Shown: positions 40,659 to 49,815, counted from the first letter of the stretch. The stretch is DNA of 64,000 nt from Capsulimonadaceae bacterium (GCA_965215505.1 OZ244065.1:3584001-3648000), one strand, 5' to 3'. Notes: generated by a model not told the origin, from the letters alone. Made by a program: numbers and translations.

Positions 40659-41735
40659 TCACCTGCGGCTGCTCGCGGTCGTCAGCAGGGGCGAAACATC
40701 GAGAAGCCAGAGGGTGGCACTTTTGTATCCCATCAGAACCCGACCTGCCCCCGCCGAATGAAGCGATGTCAGGCCGCCCTCATAGGCGAGGATGCTGCCC
40801 GGATCGTCCGTCTCCTTGCCCCTTTGGTCGTACCCGCGCAGGCTGTATCCGGGCGGCCAGACGGTCCCGATCAACTGCATCGTCCGACGGTCAATGAGCA
40901 ACAGACGGCCAAACCGCGTGTCGGCGAGCAGATGGTCATCGTCTAGAAAGATGGCTTGGTAGCCGATCTCGTCCCCGAACTCGCCGCCGAGATCATCCGC
41001 CGCGAAAATCACTCTGCCCTCAATGGAGGCGGCCACCTGCCCGCCTGGAAAGGAGTGGACCTCCACGGCGTCGCCCGAATGCGCCCCGGTCGCGAACTCA
41101 CCGCCGCCGGGGGAGAGGCTGGGCATGGTCCGGTCGTCGAGGGGATATCCCTCGACCGTCAAGCCCGCGCCCGTCAGCCGCGCCAGGTGGAGAAAGCTCC
41201 CATCCTGGCCGCACGCGACGTCAATCAGCGCGCCGGCTTGGTCCGGCAGTGGGAACAGGTAGTAGTGTCCGACATCGCCTGTGATCTCCTGTTCGAAGAG
41301 CGCCGCGCCTGAGGCCGGGTCCAGGACCGTCAGCATGGCTTCAGTCCATGTATCTTTATAGGGGCGGACGTACCAGAGCCTGCCTTGCGCGTCGAAGAAG
41401 CAGCCGCTGCCGGTGAACGACTCCCAGGGGTCGTGCGGGAGGTAATGCAGGATGGCCCCACGCCGGTCGGCGATACGCAGCTCAGTCCGGCCCGACAGCG
41501 CAAGCAGCGCGCCGTCCCGGCTCATCGTAACCTGCGTCGAGCAGTAGTCCTCGGACTGTGTCCGGAGGTCGAGGTGCTGGACCTCATTCAGCCGGGAGTC
41601 GAGGATGATGACCTCCGGATGGTCTTGAAACGAGAGGACCCAGCCGCCATCGTGCGTCGGCACCGGCAGGTTCGGGCTGTGGGTAAATTCCCGTGCCGCG
41701 ATGATTTCGACTGTCAGCGACTTACCCAGGTTCAT
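40659..41735 (-). CDS. hypothetical protein, possibly beta-propeller
   Basis: beta-rich repeats such as MSRDGALLALSG and LSPGGGEFATG. Confidence 0.6.
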   Translation of the reverse strand: MNLGKSLTVEIIAAREFTHSPNLPVPTHDGGWVLSFQDHPEVIILDSRLNEVQHLDLRTQSEDYCSTQVTMSRDGALLALSGRTELRIADRRGAILHYLPHDPWESFTGSGCFFDAQGRLWYVRPYKDTWTEAMLTVLDPASGAALFEQEITGDVGHYYLFPLPDQAGALIDVACGQDGSFLHLARLTGAGLTVEGYPLDDRTMPSLSPGGGEFATGAHSGDAVEVHSFPGGQVAASIEGRVIFAADDLGGEFGDEIGYQAIFLDDDHLLADTRFGRLLLIDRRTMQLIGTVWPPGYSLRGYDQRGKETDDPGSILAYEGGLTSLHSAGAGRVLMGYKSATLWLLDVSPLLTTASSRR

Positions 41736-41837
41736 ACATACCCCCCAAGACGCCAAAGGCATGGGGCCTGACCGCGCGTGTCCGTCCGCGCCCTGCGCTT
41801 TCGGTGGCTATCTACGAAGCCTCTAATTCTTTGATGC

Positions 41838-42305
41838 TCATGGCACTATCGTACCAGACTCTTCCGGCGTCTGGTGGACCGCCCTGACCCAGTCCCACGC
41901 GGGGTCCGTCGCCAGGCGGATGAAGGCCACCTGCCCGGCGTGGTAGCTGTCCTCGCTGGAGAGGCCCGCCAGGACGCTCCCCAGGGCGAGGCCGTTCGGG
42001 AACGGCGAGTCCATCGCTGCGTCCGCGTACTGCTCGCGGAACCCGCCGCCGAAGCGTTGGCCGGCCTCCTGCATCAGCCGCTGCACGGCGGCGACATCGG
42101 GCGTGGCCGTCTTCAGTGCCGCCCGCAGCGGCGTCTCGCCGGGGGAGAACAGGTCCGCCCAGTGCAGCAGTATCTCCCGGATGGACCGGCAGGCGGGGAA
42201 CGGCTTCCAGTCCCACTGCTCCTCCCGCATCCCGTTCAGGTGGGCGCGGAAGGACCGCTGGGAGCGGTAGAAGTTGTCCAGGATTTCGTCTAAGCCTACT
42301 GCCAT
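41838..42305 (-). CDS. DinB/YfiT family protein
   Basis: EEQWDWKP..RSIREILLHW and YHAGQVAFIR motifs. Confidence 0.75.
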   Translation of the reverse strand: MAVGLDEILDNFYRSQRSFRAHLNGMREEQWDWKPFPACRSIREILLHWADLFSPGETPLRAALKTATPDVAAVQRLMQEAGQRFGGGFREQYADAAMDSPFPNGLALGSVLAGLSSEDSYHAGQVAFIRLATDPAWDWVRAVHQTPEESGTIVP

Positions 42306-42364
42306 TGATATGCCTCCCTCGCGGCCGAAACCACAACGGGTACTTTTGCGGGGCCGGGCGCGGC

Positions 42365-42790
42365 CTACTTTATGACGGGATTTGGGCGGGCGGATTGCGA
42401 AGGGAGCGAACGACTTGCCCTGACCTTTTGCAGCGGGTAGCGGGCGATCAGCACGTCGGCGCTCAGGTTGAAGTGGGAATGCAGCCGGCGTATCATCGTC
42501 ATCGTGAGTGGCCGCCGTCCGTCCAAGACTTCGCCGACGCGCCCGGCGGGGCCGAGGATCGGTTCCAGGTCGCGGCGCGAGAGGCCGCGCTTTTCCATCT
42601 CGTATTCGATGGCCGCGAGGGGGCTTGGCGGGGCGATGGGGCAGTGCTTGGCTTCGTAAGCCTCAACGAGTGTCGCCAGGACGTCCAACCGGTCGAAGTC
42701 CTCCGTCCCTTCGTGCGCGTTGAAAAGGCGGTTGATCTCCGAAAGGGCGGCTTTGTAGTCTTCTTCGGTCTTGATAGGCTTGATGGTCAT
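42365..42790 (-). CDS. higA: HigA-type antitoxin (HTH)
   Basis: IKPIKTEEDY, LATLVEAYE, MEKRGLSRRDL and RRPLTMTMIRRL motifs. Confidence 0.85.
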   Translation of the reverse strand: MTIKPIKTEEDYKAALSEINRLFNAHEGTEDFDRLDVLATLVEAYEAKHCPIAPPSPLAAIEYEMEKRGLSRRDLEPILGPAGRVGEVLDGRRPLTMTMIRRLHSHFNLSADVLIARYPLQKVRASRSLPSQSARPNPVIK

Positions 42791-42810
42791 GGCGGCCCTT
42801 CCTGGGAACA

Positions 42811-43114
42811 TCATCCCAGTTCCACGGTTTCGGCATCCACTCTGTCATACTCGGCGTGGGTGCCGACGAACTTGATGAGGATGATCTGGGCGCGGTAAGA
42901 CACCGCCACGATCAGGCGGTAGTCGTTACCCTTGACGCTGAACACGATGCGGTTGTTGTCGAGGATGCTGGCATTGCCGTAGTCAGTCTTGACATCATGC
43001 GGCGTCTTCCACTCCGCCTTCTGTGCATCCGCCAGCCAAGCCCGCAGCGGCTCCTCTGCGTCGGCATGGCGGCTCCAGTAACGCGCGCAGGGGTGGGACA
43101 GCGATCACTCTCAT
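42811..43114 (-). pseudogene. higB: HigB toxin with a 1-nt frameshift near codon 12
   Basis: MRVIAVPPLRA, then one extra base, then YWSRHADAEEPLRAW...RIVFSVKGNDYRLIV...FVGTHAEYDRVDA; 304 nt. Confidence 0.8.
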
Positions 43115-43191
43115 CCAGAAGCTCCTCCCGATGGCGCGGAGGTACGCTGCCCGATCTGGAAATGATTGTACCTCGTTTCAGCCGAATTGCC

Positions 43192-43821
43192 TTACCCCAC
43201 CCCCGCCCGGCACAGGGCACACAGCGGCATCGTTTCGGCCTCGGCGCCCTCAGACCCGCCGGGGGCGGCCAGCGCGCCGCAGCGGGCGCAGGGGGACCAG
43301 CCGCGGCGGCGTTTCCACTCGTCGGCGCGGGCGGCGTGGAGCATGACGGCGCGGATGCGCCCGCGCAGGGAGTCCTCGGTGATGGCGGCGAGGGCCGTTT
43401 CGATCCGCAGGCTCGCTTCCCTCGGGAGCGTGATGCGGGCCAGCTCCTGGGCGGTCGGGGTTGCCGGGGCGGCGGCGGGCGGCTTCTTCTTGTCGCGGGC
43501 CAGCCCGGAAGCCTTGAAGTGGATGTCGGTCAGGACGCGCCCGCCCAGCTTGCTGTTCAGGCGGCGCAGCATGTCCTCTTTGAGCAAAGTCAGCTCGTTG
43601 GCCCACACGCTGTTCTTGACGCGCACGAACAGGACGCCGTCGCGCACCGACTCGACCTGGGTGACGCCCGCCACCTGGGGGCCGACGACGCCGACCCAGT
43701 GGACTTTCGCCAGGTGGGGGCGGAGCATCTGCGCGATCTCCTGCGACTGCAAGAAGCCGCTGACGGCGCTTGACGCCGGTGCCATCCCGCGCGTCCTCCG
43801 GGGGGCTTGCGGATCTCTCAT
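43192..43821 (-). CDS. dciA: DciA/DUF721 family protein with C-terminal Zn ribbon
   Basis: WVGVVGPQVA...GVLFVRVKNSVWANEL; CxxC pairs; ATGA-coupled to recF. Confidence 0.78.
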   Translation of the reverse strand: MRDPQAPRRTRGMAPASSAVSGFLQSQEIAQMLRPHLAKVHWVGVVGPQVAGVTQVESVRDGVLFVRVKNSVWANELTLLKEDMLRRLNSKLGGRVLTDIHFKASGLARDKKKPPAAAPATPTAQELARITLPREASLRIETALAAITEDSLRGRIRAVMLHAARADEWKRRRGWSPCARCGALAAPGGSEGAEAETMPLCALCRAGVG

Positions 43822-44948
43822 TGCTTGGTGACCTCCCCGTCGGTGACGGAGTAGACGGCGGCGCGCTCCAGAACGGCGGGCGAGAAGGCGCGCAGGTTGG
43901 TACACGAGAGGAAGGTCTGCGACCCGGCCCGCGCGGTCAGGTCGAACAGCAGGCCGCGCCGGGCGTCGTCGAGGTCCGAAAGCACGTCGTCCAGCAGCAG
44001 CAGGGGCGGCTCGCCGACCAGCTCTTCTATCAGTTGCCGCTCGGCGAGTTTCAGGGACAGGGCGACGGTCCGCTGCTGGCCCTGCGACCCGAACAGGCGG
44101 CAGTCCTGGCCATTGACCAGGAAGGCGATGTCGTCGCGCTGCGGCCCGCGCACGGTGACGCCGCGCGCCGCCTCCTCCCCGGCGACGGAGGCGAGTTCTT
44201 CCAGGAACCGGCCCTGGATGGCGGACGCTTCGGTCAGGCCGTCAATCGGGAACGACGGCAGGTAGGTGACTTGCAGCTCGTCGCGCTGGTCGCTCAGGGT
44301 CCGGTGCGTCTCGGAGGCGAGCTGGGCCAGCCGTTCCAGGAACAGCCGGCGGCGCTCGACCAGCCGCGCCCCGTGCTGGGCCAGGCCCTCGTTCCAGGCC
44401 GGCAGGCTCTCGCGGGCCGCGCCGGAGATGCGCCCGTCGCGCAGGTCGCGCAGGAGCCGGTTGCGCTGCTCCAGAGTCTTGCGGTAGGACCCGAGGGCGA
44501 GGACGTAGCGCGGGGAGGTCTGGGCGATCTCCAGGTCCAGGAACCGGCGGCGGATCGCCGGCTCGCCCCGGATGATCTCCAGGTCGCCGCTGTCAAAGAG
44601 AACGGCGTTGAGCTGCCCGATGACCTCCGAAAGCCGCGTGTGCTTGACGCCGTTGATCCGGGCGGCCTTCTTCTCGGTCTGGGACAGCGTCATCTCGACC
44701 TCGATGTCGCTGGTCTTCTCCCGGACGACGTCGGCGGTGATCCGGGCGGCGGGCGTGCCGAATCGGACCAGCTCGACGTCCTTGCCGGCCCGCGACGACT
44801 TGCTGGTCGCCAGGATGTAGAGGCTTTCCAGCAGGTTGCTCTTGCCCTGGGCGTTGCGCCCGACAAAGATGTTCAGGCCCTCCCCCGGCTCGATGCGGAG
44901 CGTCCCGTAATTCCGAAAGTTGTCCAGTTTGAGCGATGTGACGTGCAT
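43818..44948 (-). CDS. recF: DNA replication/repair protein RecF
   Basis: NFRNY, GRNAQGKSN, GPQRDD, SQGQQR and LLDDVLSDLD motifs. Confidence 0.95.
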   Translation of the reverse strand: MHVTSLKLDNFRNYGTLRIEPGEGLNIFVGRNAQGKSNLLESLYILATSKSSRAGKDVELVRFGTPAARITADVVREKTSDIEVEMTLSQTEKKAARINGVKHTRLSEVIGQLNAVLFDSGDLEIIRGEPAIRRRFLDLEIAQTSPRYVLALGSYRKTLEQRNRLLRDLRDGRISGAARESLPAWNEGLAQHGARLVERRRLFLERLAQLASETHRTLSDQRDELQVTYLPSFPIDGLTEASAIQGRFLEELASVAGEEAARGVTVRGPQRDDIAFLVNGQDCRLFGSQGQQRTVALSLKLAERQLIEELVGEPPLLLLDDVLSDLDDARRGLLFDLTARAGSQTFLSCTNLRAFSPAVLERAAVYSVTDGEVTKQ

Positions 44949-44952
44949 GGCG

Positions 44953-45429
44953 CGTGACTCTTCTATTCTTAGCATAAGAGTCTAAATTCTTAGTAGTGAT
45001 AGTAGTAGGTGTGTGACTCACATGTGACTCAACGAATCCCGGCGGGGCCGATGTGCCCGGATCGCCCGGTTTTTGCCAGATTCCCGCGAGTCTCCCCAGG
45101 CGGTTTGACGACCTGGGGCTGGAATCGCTTAATTCCGAGAGTCACGCTGAGTCACAGTCGCCTGTGACTCAACTGTGACTCAACTGTGACTCAAGGCCGG
45201 ATTTTGTGACTCTGTGACTCTCGCGGATTCGTTAAGTCACAAAAGGTGGTCGTTGAGTCACACTATGTCACACTGAGTCACAGGTTGAGTCACAGGCTCT
45301 CGGCCCTAACCCCGGCGCTCGCGCCGGGGTTAGGGCCGAAACGACACGGCCTCGTGTTCTGTCACAGTGTCACACCTTCTGTCACACCTGTGACACAAGG
45401 CGCTTTTGTGTGACACAGCCTGTGACACT
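44953..45429. other. oriC: putative chromosomal replication origin (oriC) with non-canonical boxes
   Basis: directly downstream of dnaA; AT-rich tract, TAG-trio run at 44991-45008 and ~19 TGTGAC(T/A)C(A/T)-type repeats. Confidence 0.85.
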
Positions 45430-47209
45430 ACCCGCCCCGCTCGATCTCCTGCCGGATTCTGCCGATCAAGGACAGTATCTGCGGGTCCTCCTCGATCTCC
45501 TTCTGGAGACGCACGGCGGCGTGGACGATGGCCGTGTGACTCTTCAGGCCGAACGTCGCCGCAAGTGCGGACAGCGGCACGCCGCCCAGTTCTTTCGTCA
45601 GGTACATCGCCACCTGGCGCGCGAACCCGGCGTCGCCGTGCAAGCGCGTCGCCCGGTTGCTGCGCCCGCCGCCGGCCAGGATCTGGTCCCGCGAGACGCC
45701 CATCTGCGAGGCGACCGCGTCAATGATCCGGTCCACCGTCGGCCCGCCCGCGCTCATCGGCAGGCGCGGCGGCAGGACGAAGTCGCCATTGGTCGGCGGC
45801 GCGTGGTCCTCGGGATGAGCAGACGCCGACTCGCGTCCAAACCCTTCGCGCGGCGGCATCTGTTTGACGTAGTAGCTGCTCAGGACGTCTGAGGCGAGCT
45901 GCTTGGTGACGGGGCTGCGGGCCAGCGAGGCGTAGGCCATCAGCTTGATCAGGGCGCCCTCCAGGGAGCGGATGTTGCTCTGGATGAGGTTCGCCATGAA
46001 GGTGATCACGTCGTCGGGGATCGCCAGGTTCTCCAGAATGGCTTTGCGCTGGAGGATCGCCTCCCGCATCTCGAGTTCCGGCGGGGCGATGTCGGCGACC
46101 AGGCCGCACTCGAAGCGCGACTGGAGCCGCTCGTCCATCGCCTTCAGCTCGCGCGGCGAGCGGTCGCTGGTCAGGACGATCTGCTTGTTCATCTGGTGCA
46201 GGACGTTGAAGGTGTGGAAGAACTCTTCTTTGGTCTGCTCCTTGGAGGCCAGCATCTGGACATCATCCACCAGCCACACGTCCACGCTGCGGTAGGCCCG
46301 CCGGAAGTCCTCCATCTTCTTGTCGCGCAGGGCGGCCACATAGTGGTTCGTGAAGGTCTCCCCGCTGACGTAGGCCACGCGCGCCTGCGGCAGCATCAGG
46401 CGGATCTGGTGGCCGATGGCGTGAGCTAAATGAGTCTTTCCAAGACCTGGGCTGCCGTACAAGAACAGTGGATTATACGTCTTGCCGGGCGACTGCGCGA
46501 CGGCGACCGCGCCGGCCTGGGCGAGCCGGTTGGACTTGCCGACGACGAAGTTGTCGAAGGTGTAGCGCGGGTTGAGCGGCGAGGCGATCAGCTCATTGGT
46601 GAGCTGGCTGCGGACGCCGCGCCCGATGCTGCCGCCGCTGCCGCCCGCGTCCGACCCATCGGGGACCAGGGCGAGTTCGGACTGCCCGGCGGGGACCGGC
46701 AAGAGCGACTCGGGCGAGGGGGCGGGCCGGGCCAGCGGCGCGGCGGCCTGCTGCAACGGCAATGGCTGTTCGCCGAGGAGCGGCTGGACGTCGGGCGTCG
46801 AGATGACGAACCGGACCTGGACGGCGGGGATGTCCAGGAACTGCGCCAGGTGCAGGGCCAGGGTCTGGGCGTACTTGGCCTCGACGAAGGTCCGGGCGAA
46901 CGACGACGGGGCACCCAGGACGACGACCGGCAGGCTGCCGGCGGAGGGCGGGCTGTAGGAGAGCGGCTTGAGCGGGCGGAGCCAGTTGCCGATGGTCTGG
47001 GGGGTGGCCGACCCGGCCAGGGCGCGCAGGGTCCGCTCCCAGGCCTTGCGGAGCGCGGTCAGGCCCTCCTCCTCGCCCAGTTCCAGCTGCTGGTCCCGAA
47101 AAGACTGGTCTTTGAAAGACTGGTCTTTGAGGGGCTGGTCGGAGGCGTCGTCGCTGGGTGTCGGGTGGCTGCTCACGGGTTTCCTGGGAAGACAAGAGTG
47201 GGAAGACAA
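45428..47209 (-). CDS. dnaA: chromosomal replication initiator DnaA (start uncertain)
   Basis: YTFDNFVVGKSN, YNPLFLYGSPGLGKTHL, DDVQ, EEFFHTFN, RLQSRF, NIRSLEGAL and ARQVAMYL motifs. Confidence 0.95.
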   Translation of the reverse strand: MSSHSCLPRKPVSSHPTPSDDASDQPLKDQSFKDQSFRDQQLELGEEEGLTALRKAWERTLRALAGSATPQTIGNWLRPLKPLSYSPPSAGSLPVVVLGAPSSFARTFVEAKYAQTLALHLAQFLDIPAVQVRFVISTPDVQPLLGEQPLPLQQAAAPLARPAPSPESLLPVPAGQSELALVPDGSDAGGSGGSIGRGVRSQLTNELIASPLNPRYTFDNFVVGKSNRLAQAGAVAVAQSPGKTYNPLFLYGSPGLGKTHLAHAIGHQIRLMLPQARVAYVSGETFTNHYVAALRDKKMEDFRRAYRSVDVWLVDDVQMLASKEQTKEEFFHTFNVLHQMNKQIVLTSDRSPRELKAMDERLQSRFECGLVADIAPPELEMREAILQRKAILENLAIPDDVITFMANLIQSNIRSLEGALIKLMAYASLARSPVTKQLASDVLSSYYVKQMPPREGFGRESASAHPEDHAPPTNGDFVLPPRLPMSAGGPTVDRIIDAVASQMGVSRDQILAGGGRSNRATRLHGDAGFARQVAMYLTKELGGVPLSALAATFGLKSHTAIVHAAVRLQKEIEEDPQILSLIGRIRQEIERGG

Positions 47210-47361
47210 TAGAAGGAGGCGGCCATTTCGATCCCGAAATCGCCGCCCCGTCGCCGTCCATTATACCGCATATCCCGCCGCCCGGCAAGCCGATTTTTCC
47301 GCCCGCCTGCTTTGGTCTCGTGCGCTTGACGCCTGCGGGAATATGGCCCATGATGCTCCCC

Positions 47362-48306
47362 ATGGACACTTTCCCACGCGAAGACGGCGCGCTGATCGCG
47401 CTGCACGAGGCGACGGCGGGCGGGGTGGCGCTCGGCTCCCGGCCGGCGGTCCCGCCCGGCTATGCCGGGGTCGTCGTCAAGGACGGCAGGCCGCTGGACA
47501 TCCTGCCGCTGGACGTCCTGCCGCCCGACGACCATCTGCTCGAACCCGCCCTGCTGCCGGGCCTGACCCAGAAACTCAAGCCGCGCTTCGTGGCGGCGCA
47601 GGACCCCGGCGGGGCGGCCCTGCCCGCCGTCATCTTCCTGGTGCCGGTGGGGGTGCCCGCCTCACTTCCCTAAGGGCGCTGCACGGTCCAGGTCGTGGAC
47701 CCAGGCCGCTTCTGCGCCGCCGTCTTCGCGGCGGGGGCCAAAGCTTTATCGTCGGGGGAGGCGTCGCCGGCACAGGTCGCATCCGCGTTCCTGCGCGGCG
47801 GGGTGGGGGGACGGGCGGGCGAGGCGGTGTCGGCGATGGACCTGCCGCCCGACCAGGCCGCCCGAGCGGGCGAGGCGATCCGGGCCTCGGCGGGCCGGGC
47901 GGGGGCGGCGTGGCTCTCGGGCGTTGGGGCGGCGTGTACGTCCTTCGACGTGGACTCCGTGACCGAGCCGGACCGGACTCCTTGCGCCGGTTGCGGCTCT
48001 CAGGTTGCGCTGACCGGCTACGGCGTCTTCCACCGTAACATCAGCCTGCTCTACCGGCGGTTCACGGCCCGGAAGGAGGGCAACTTCTGTACCCCTTGCG
48101 CCTGGAAGATCAGCGCGGGCTACAACGGCGTGATGCTCGTTTTGGGCTGGTGGGGTCTGATCGGGCTGGTCCTGACGCTGGTATATTTCGTGCAGAACCT
48201 GTACAACCTGACCTGGATCGTCTCGGGGCCGAAGGCCGCAGCGAGGTCGGTGCAGGCCGCCGTCCTGGACGAGGGCGTCTGGCCGCCCCCGCCGAGAGTC
48301 TCGTAG
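47362..48306 (+). pseudogene. SPFH-like protein with Zn-ribbon/TM tail, interrupted by an in-frame TAA at 47671
   Basis: VPPGYAGVVVKDG...SLP*GRCTVQVVDP continues in the same frame to CAGC...CTPC and a TM segment. Confidence 0.5.
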
Positions 48307-48343
48307 GAGGGCCGGGGCTGTGGAAGGCCCCGGCACTCGTGTC

Positions 48344-48910
48344 TCAGGCCCCGGCCACCGCGCGCGCGGCGGCCAGGACGGCGTCGTAGTCCGGCTCGCT
48401 GGCGATCTCGGGGACGGTCTGGACGTAGCGGACGACCCCGTCCTTGTCGGCGAGGTAGATGGAGCGCGACAGCAGGCCGAGTTCCTTGATCTGCGCCCCG
48501 AAGGCCTCGCCGACCGTCCGGTCCTTGTGGTCGGAGAGCATCTGGATGTTGTCCACGCCCTCCGCCTTCGCCCACCGGGCCTGGGCGAACGGCGTGTCGG
48601 CGCTCATCGTCACGACCTTGATCTTGTCGGCGGGCAGGTTTGCCACCTGGCGGTTGAACTTCCCGGTTTCCATGGCGCAGACGCTGGTGTCTATGGAGGG
48701 GATCAGGATCATCAGGACCGCCTTCGTGCCGCCCTCGCTCAGATCGTCCCAGCCGACCGTCTGGAGCTTGTCGGCGGTCTGGACCTGGAAGTCGGGGACC
48801 CTGTCGCCGACCTTCAGCTCTTTACCCACCAGGGTCAGGGGGTTGCCCTGCATCGTGATCGCGCCGGGGCGCTCGGTCTGCGAAGCGGTCGTCTGTGAAA
48901 CCATCGTCAT
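48344..48910 (-). CDS. tpx: thiol peroxidase (atypical 2-Cys peroxiredoxin)
   Basis: PSIDTSVC, SADTPFAQARW and EPDYD motifs. Confidence 0.9.
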   Translation of the reverse strand: MTMVSQTTASQTERPGAITMQGNPLTLVGKELKVGDRVPDFQVQTADKLQTVGWDDLSEGGTKAVLMILIPSIDTSVCAMETGKFNRQVANLPADKIKVVTMSADTPFAQARWAKAEGVDNIQMLSDHKDRTVGEAFGAQIKELGLLSRSIYLADKDGVVRYVQTVPEIASEPDYDAVLAAARAVAGA

Positions 48911-49000
48911 CGGTGTGTCTCCTTCAAGCAATGTGATCTTTGGTGCAGTATACCCGCCGTCAGAGGAGAACGCGCGCCGGGCGTCGTATAGGGGTGTACC

Positions 49001-49702
49001 ATGGTTAAATACGTCTTCTTTGACATCGGCGACGTGCTGTTCGACGAGAGCGCCCAGCACCAGTGGCTCTTCCACGACCTGTTGCTGACCCTGCGCGGGC
49101 ACGGCAAGGACGTCCTGTGGGACGACTTCGATGCCACCCGCAAGCGGCTGACGGCGGCCGGGCCGAACCCCGAAGCGGCCATCAAGGGGACCCTGGCCTT
49201 CTACTGCGCCAACGACTCCGAAACTGAGGTCCTGTGGCACGAGGCGCGCGACCTGTACCAGCAGATGCGGAAGCCGCGCCCCTACGGGCAGCTCTTGGAC
49301 GGCATCACGCCCGCGCTGGAGGACCTGGGCCGGGACTACAAGCTGGGCATCATCGCCAACCAGCACCCGCCGGTCAAAGAAGCCGTCGAGGCTTACGGCA
49401 TCGGCGGGCTGTTCGAGGTCATGGTCATCAGCGAGATCGTCCACCTCTTCAAGCCCGACCCGGCCATCTTCCGCGCGGGTCTGGACCAGGCGGGCATTAC
49501 GGGAGCCGAGGCCGTGTTCGTCGGCGACCGCCCCGACAACGACATCGGCCCGGCGAAGGCGGCGGGGATGAAGACGGTGCGATTCAAGCGCGGAATCCAG
49601 TATACTCTGTTCAACCCCGAAGACCCGGCCATGATCGCCGACGAGACCGTCACGGACGTGGCGGACCTCGCCGCGGCGGTGCGGCGGGCGGCGGCGGGAT
49701 GA
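49001..49702 (+). CDS. HAD family hydrolase
   Basis: FFDIGDVL, KPDPAIF and VGDRPDNDI motifs. Confidence 0.87.
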   Translation: MVKYVFFDIGDVLFDESAQHQWLFHDLLLTLRGHGKDVLWDDFDATRKRLTAAGPNPEAAIKGTLAFYCANDSETEVLWHEARDLYQQMRKPRPYGQLLDGITPALEDLGRDYKLGIIANQHPPVKEAVEAYGIGGLFEVMVISEIVHLFKPDPAIFRAGLDQAGITGAEAVFVGDRPDNDIGPAKAAGMKTVRFKRGIQYTLFNPEDPAMIADETVTDVADLAAAVRRAAAG

Positions 49703-49728
49703 GTTAGGATGGGGATGGGACCAGTTAA

Positions 49729-49815
49729 GACGAGTGATTGAAATCACTCGCTGCCGCCGGACCTGTCCAGGGGACAGAAGATGGCGTCTGTGTAGGGGCG
49801 CTGCTTGCTGCGCCC
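49729..49815. repeat. half REPIN arm plus a GTAG-type REP
   Basis: ACGAGTGATTGAAATCACTCGCTGCCGCCGGACCTGTCCAGGGGACAGAAG is the reverse complement of the 5562-5612 arm. Confidence 0.75.

Noticed and set aside
45012-45294. TGACTCA core matches the eukaryotic AP-1 site
   Set aside because: Coincidental in a bacterial origin context.
45012-45429. Repeats as CRISPR or plasmid iterons
   Set aside because: The units are 9-mers in both orientations with irregular spacing, next to dnaA and DnaA-trios, and there is no rep or cas gene.
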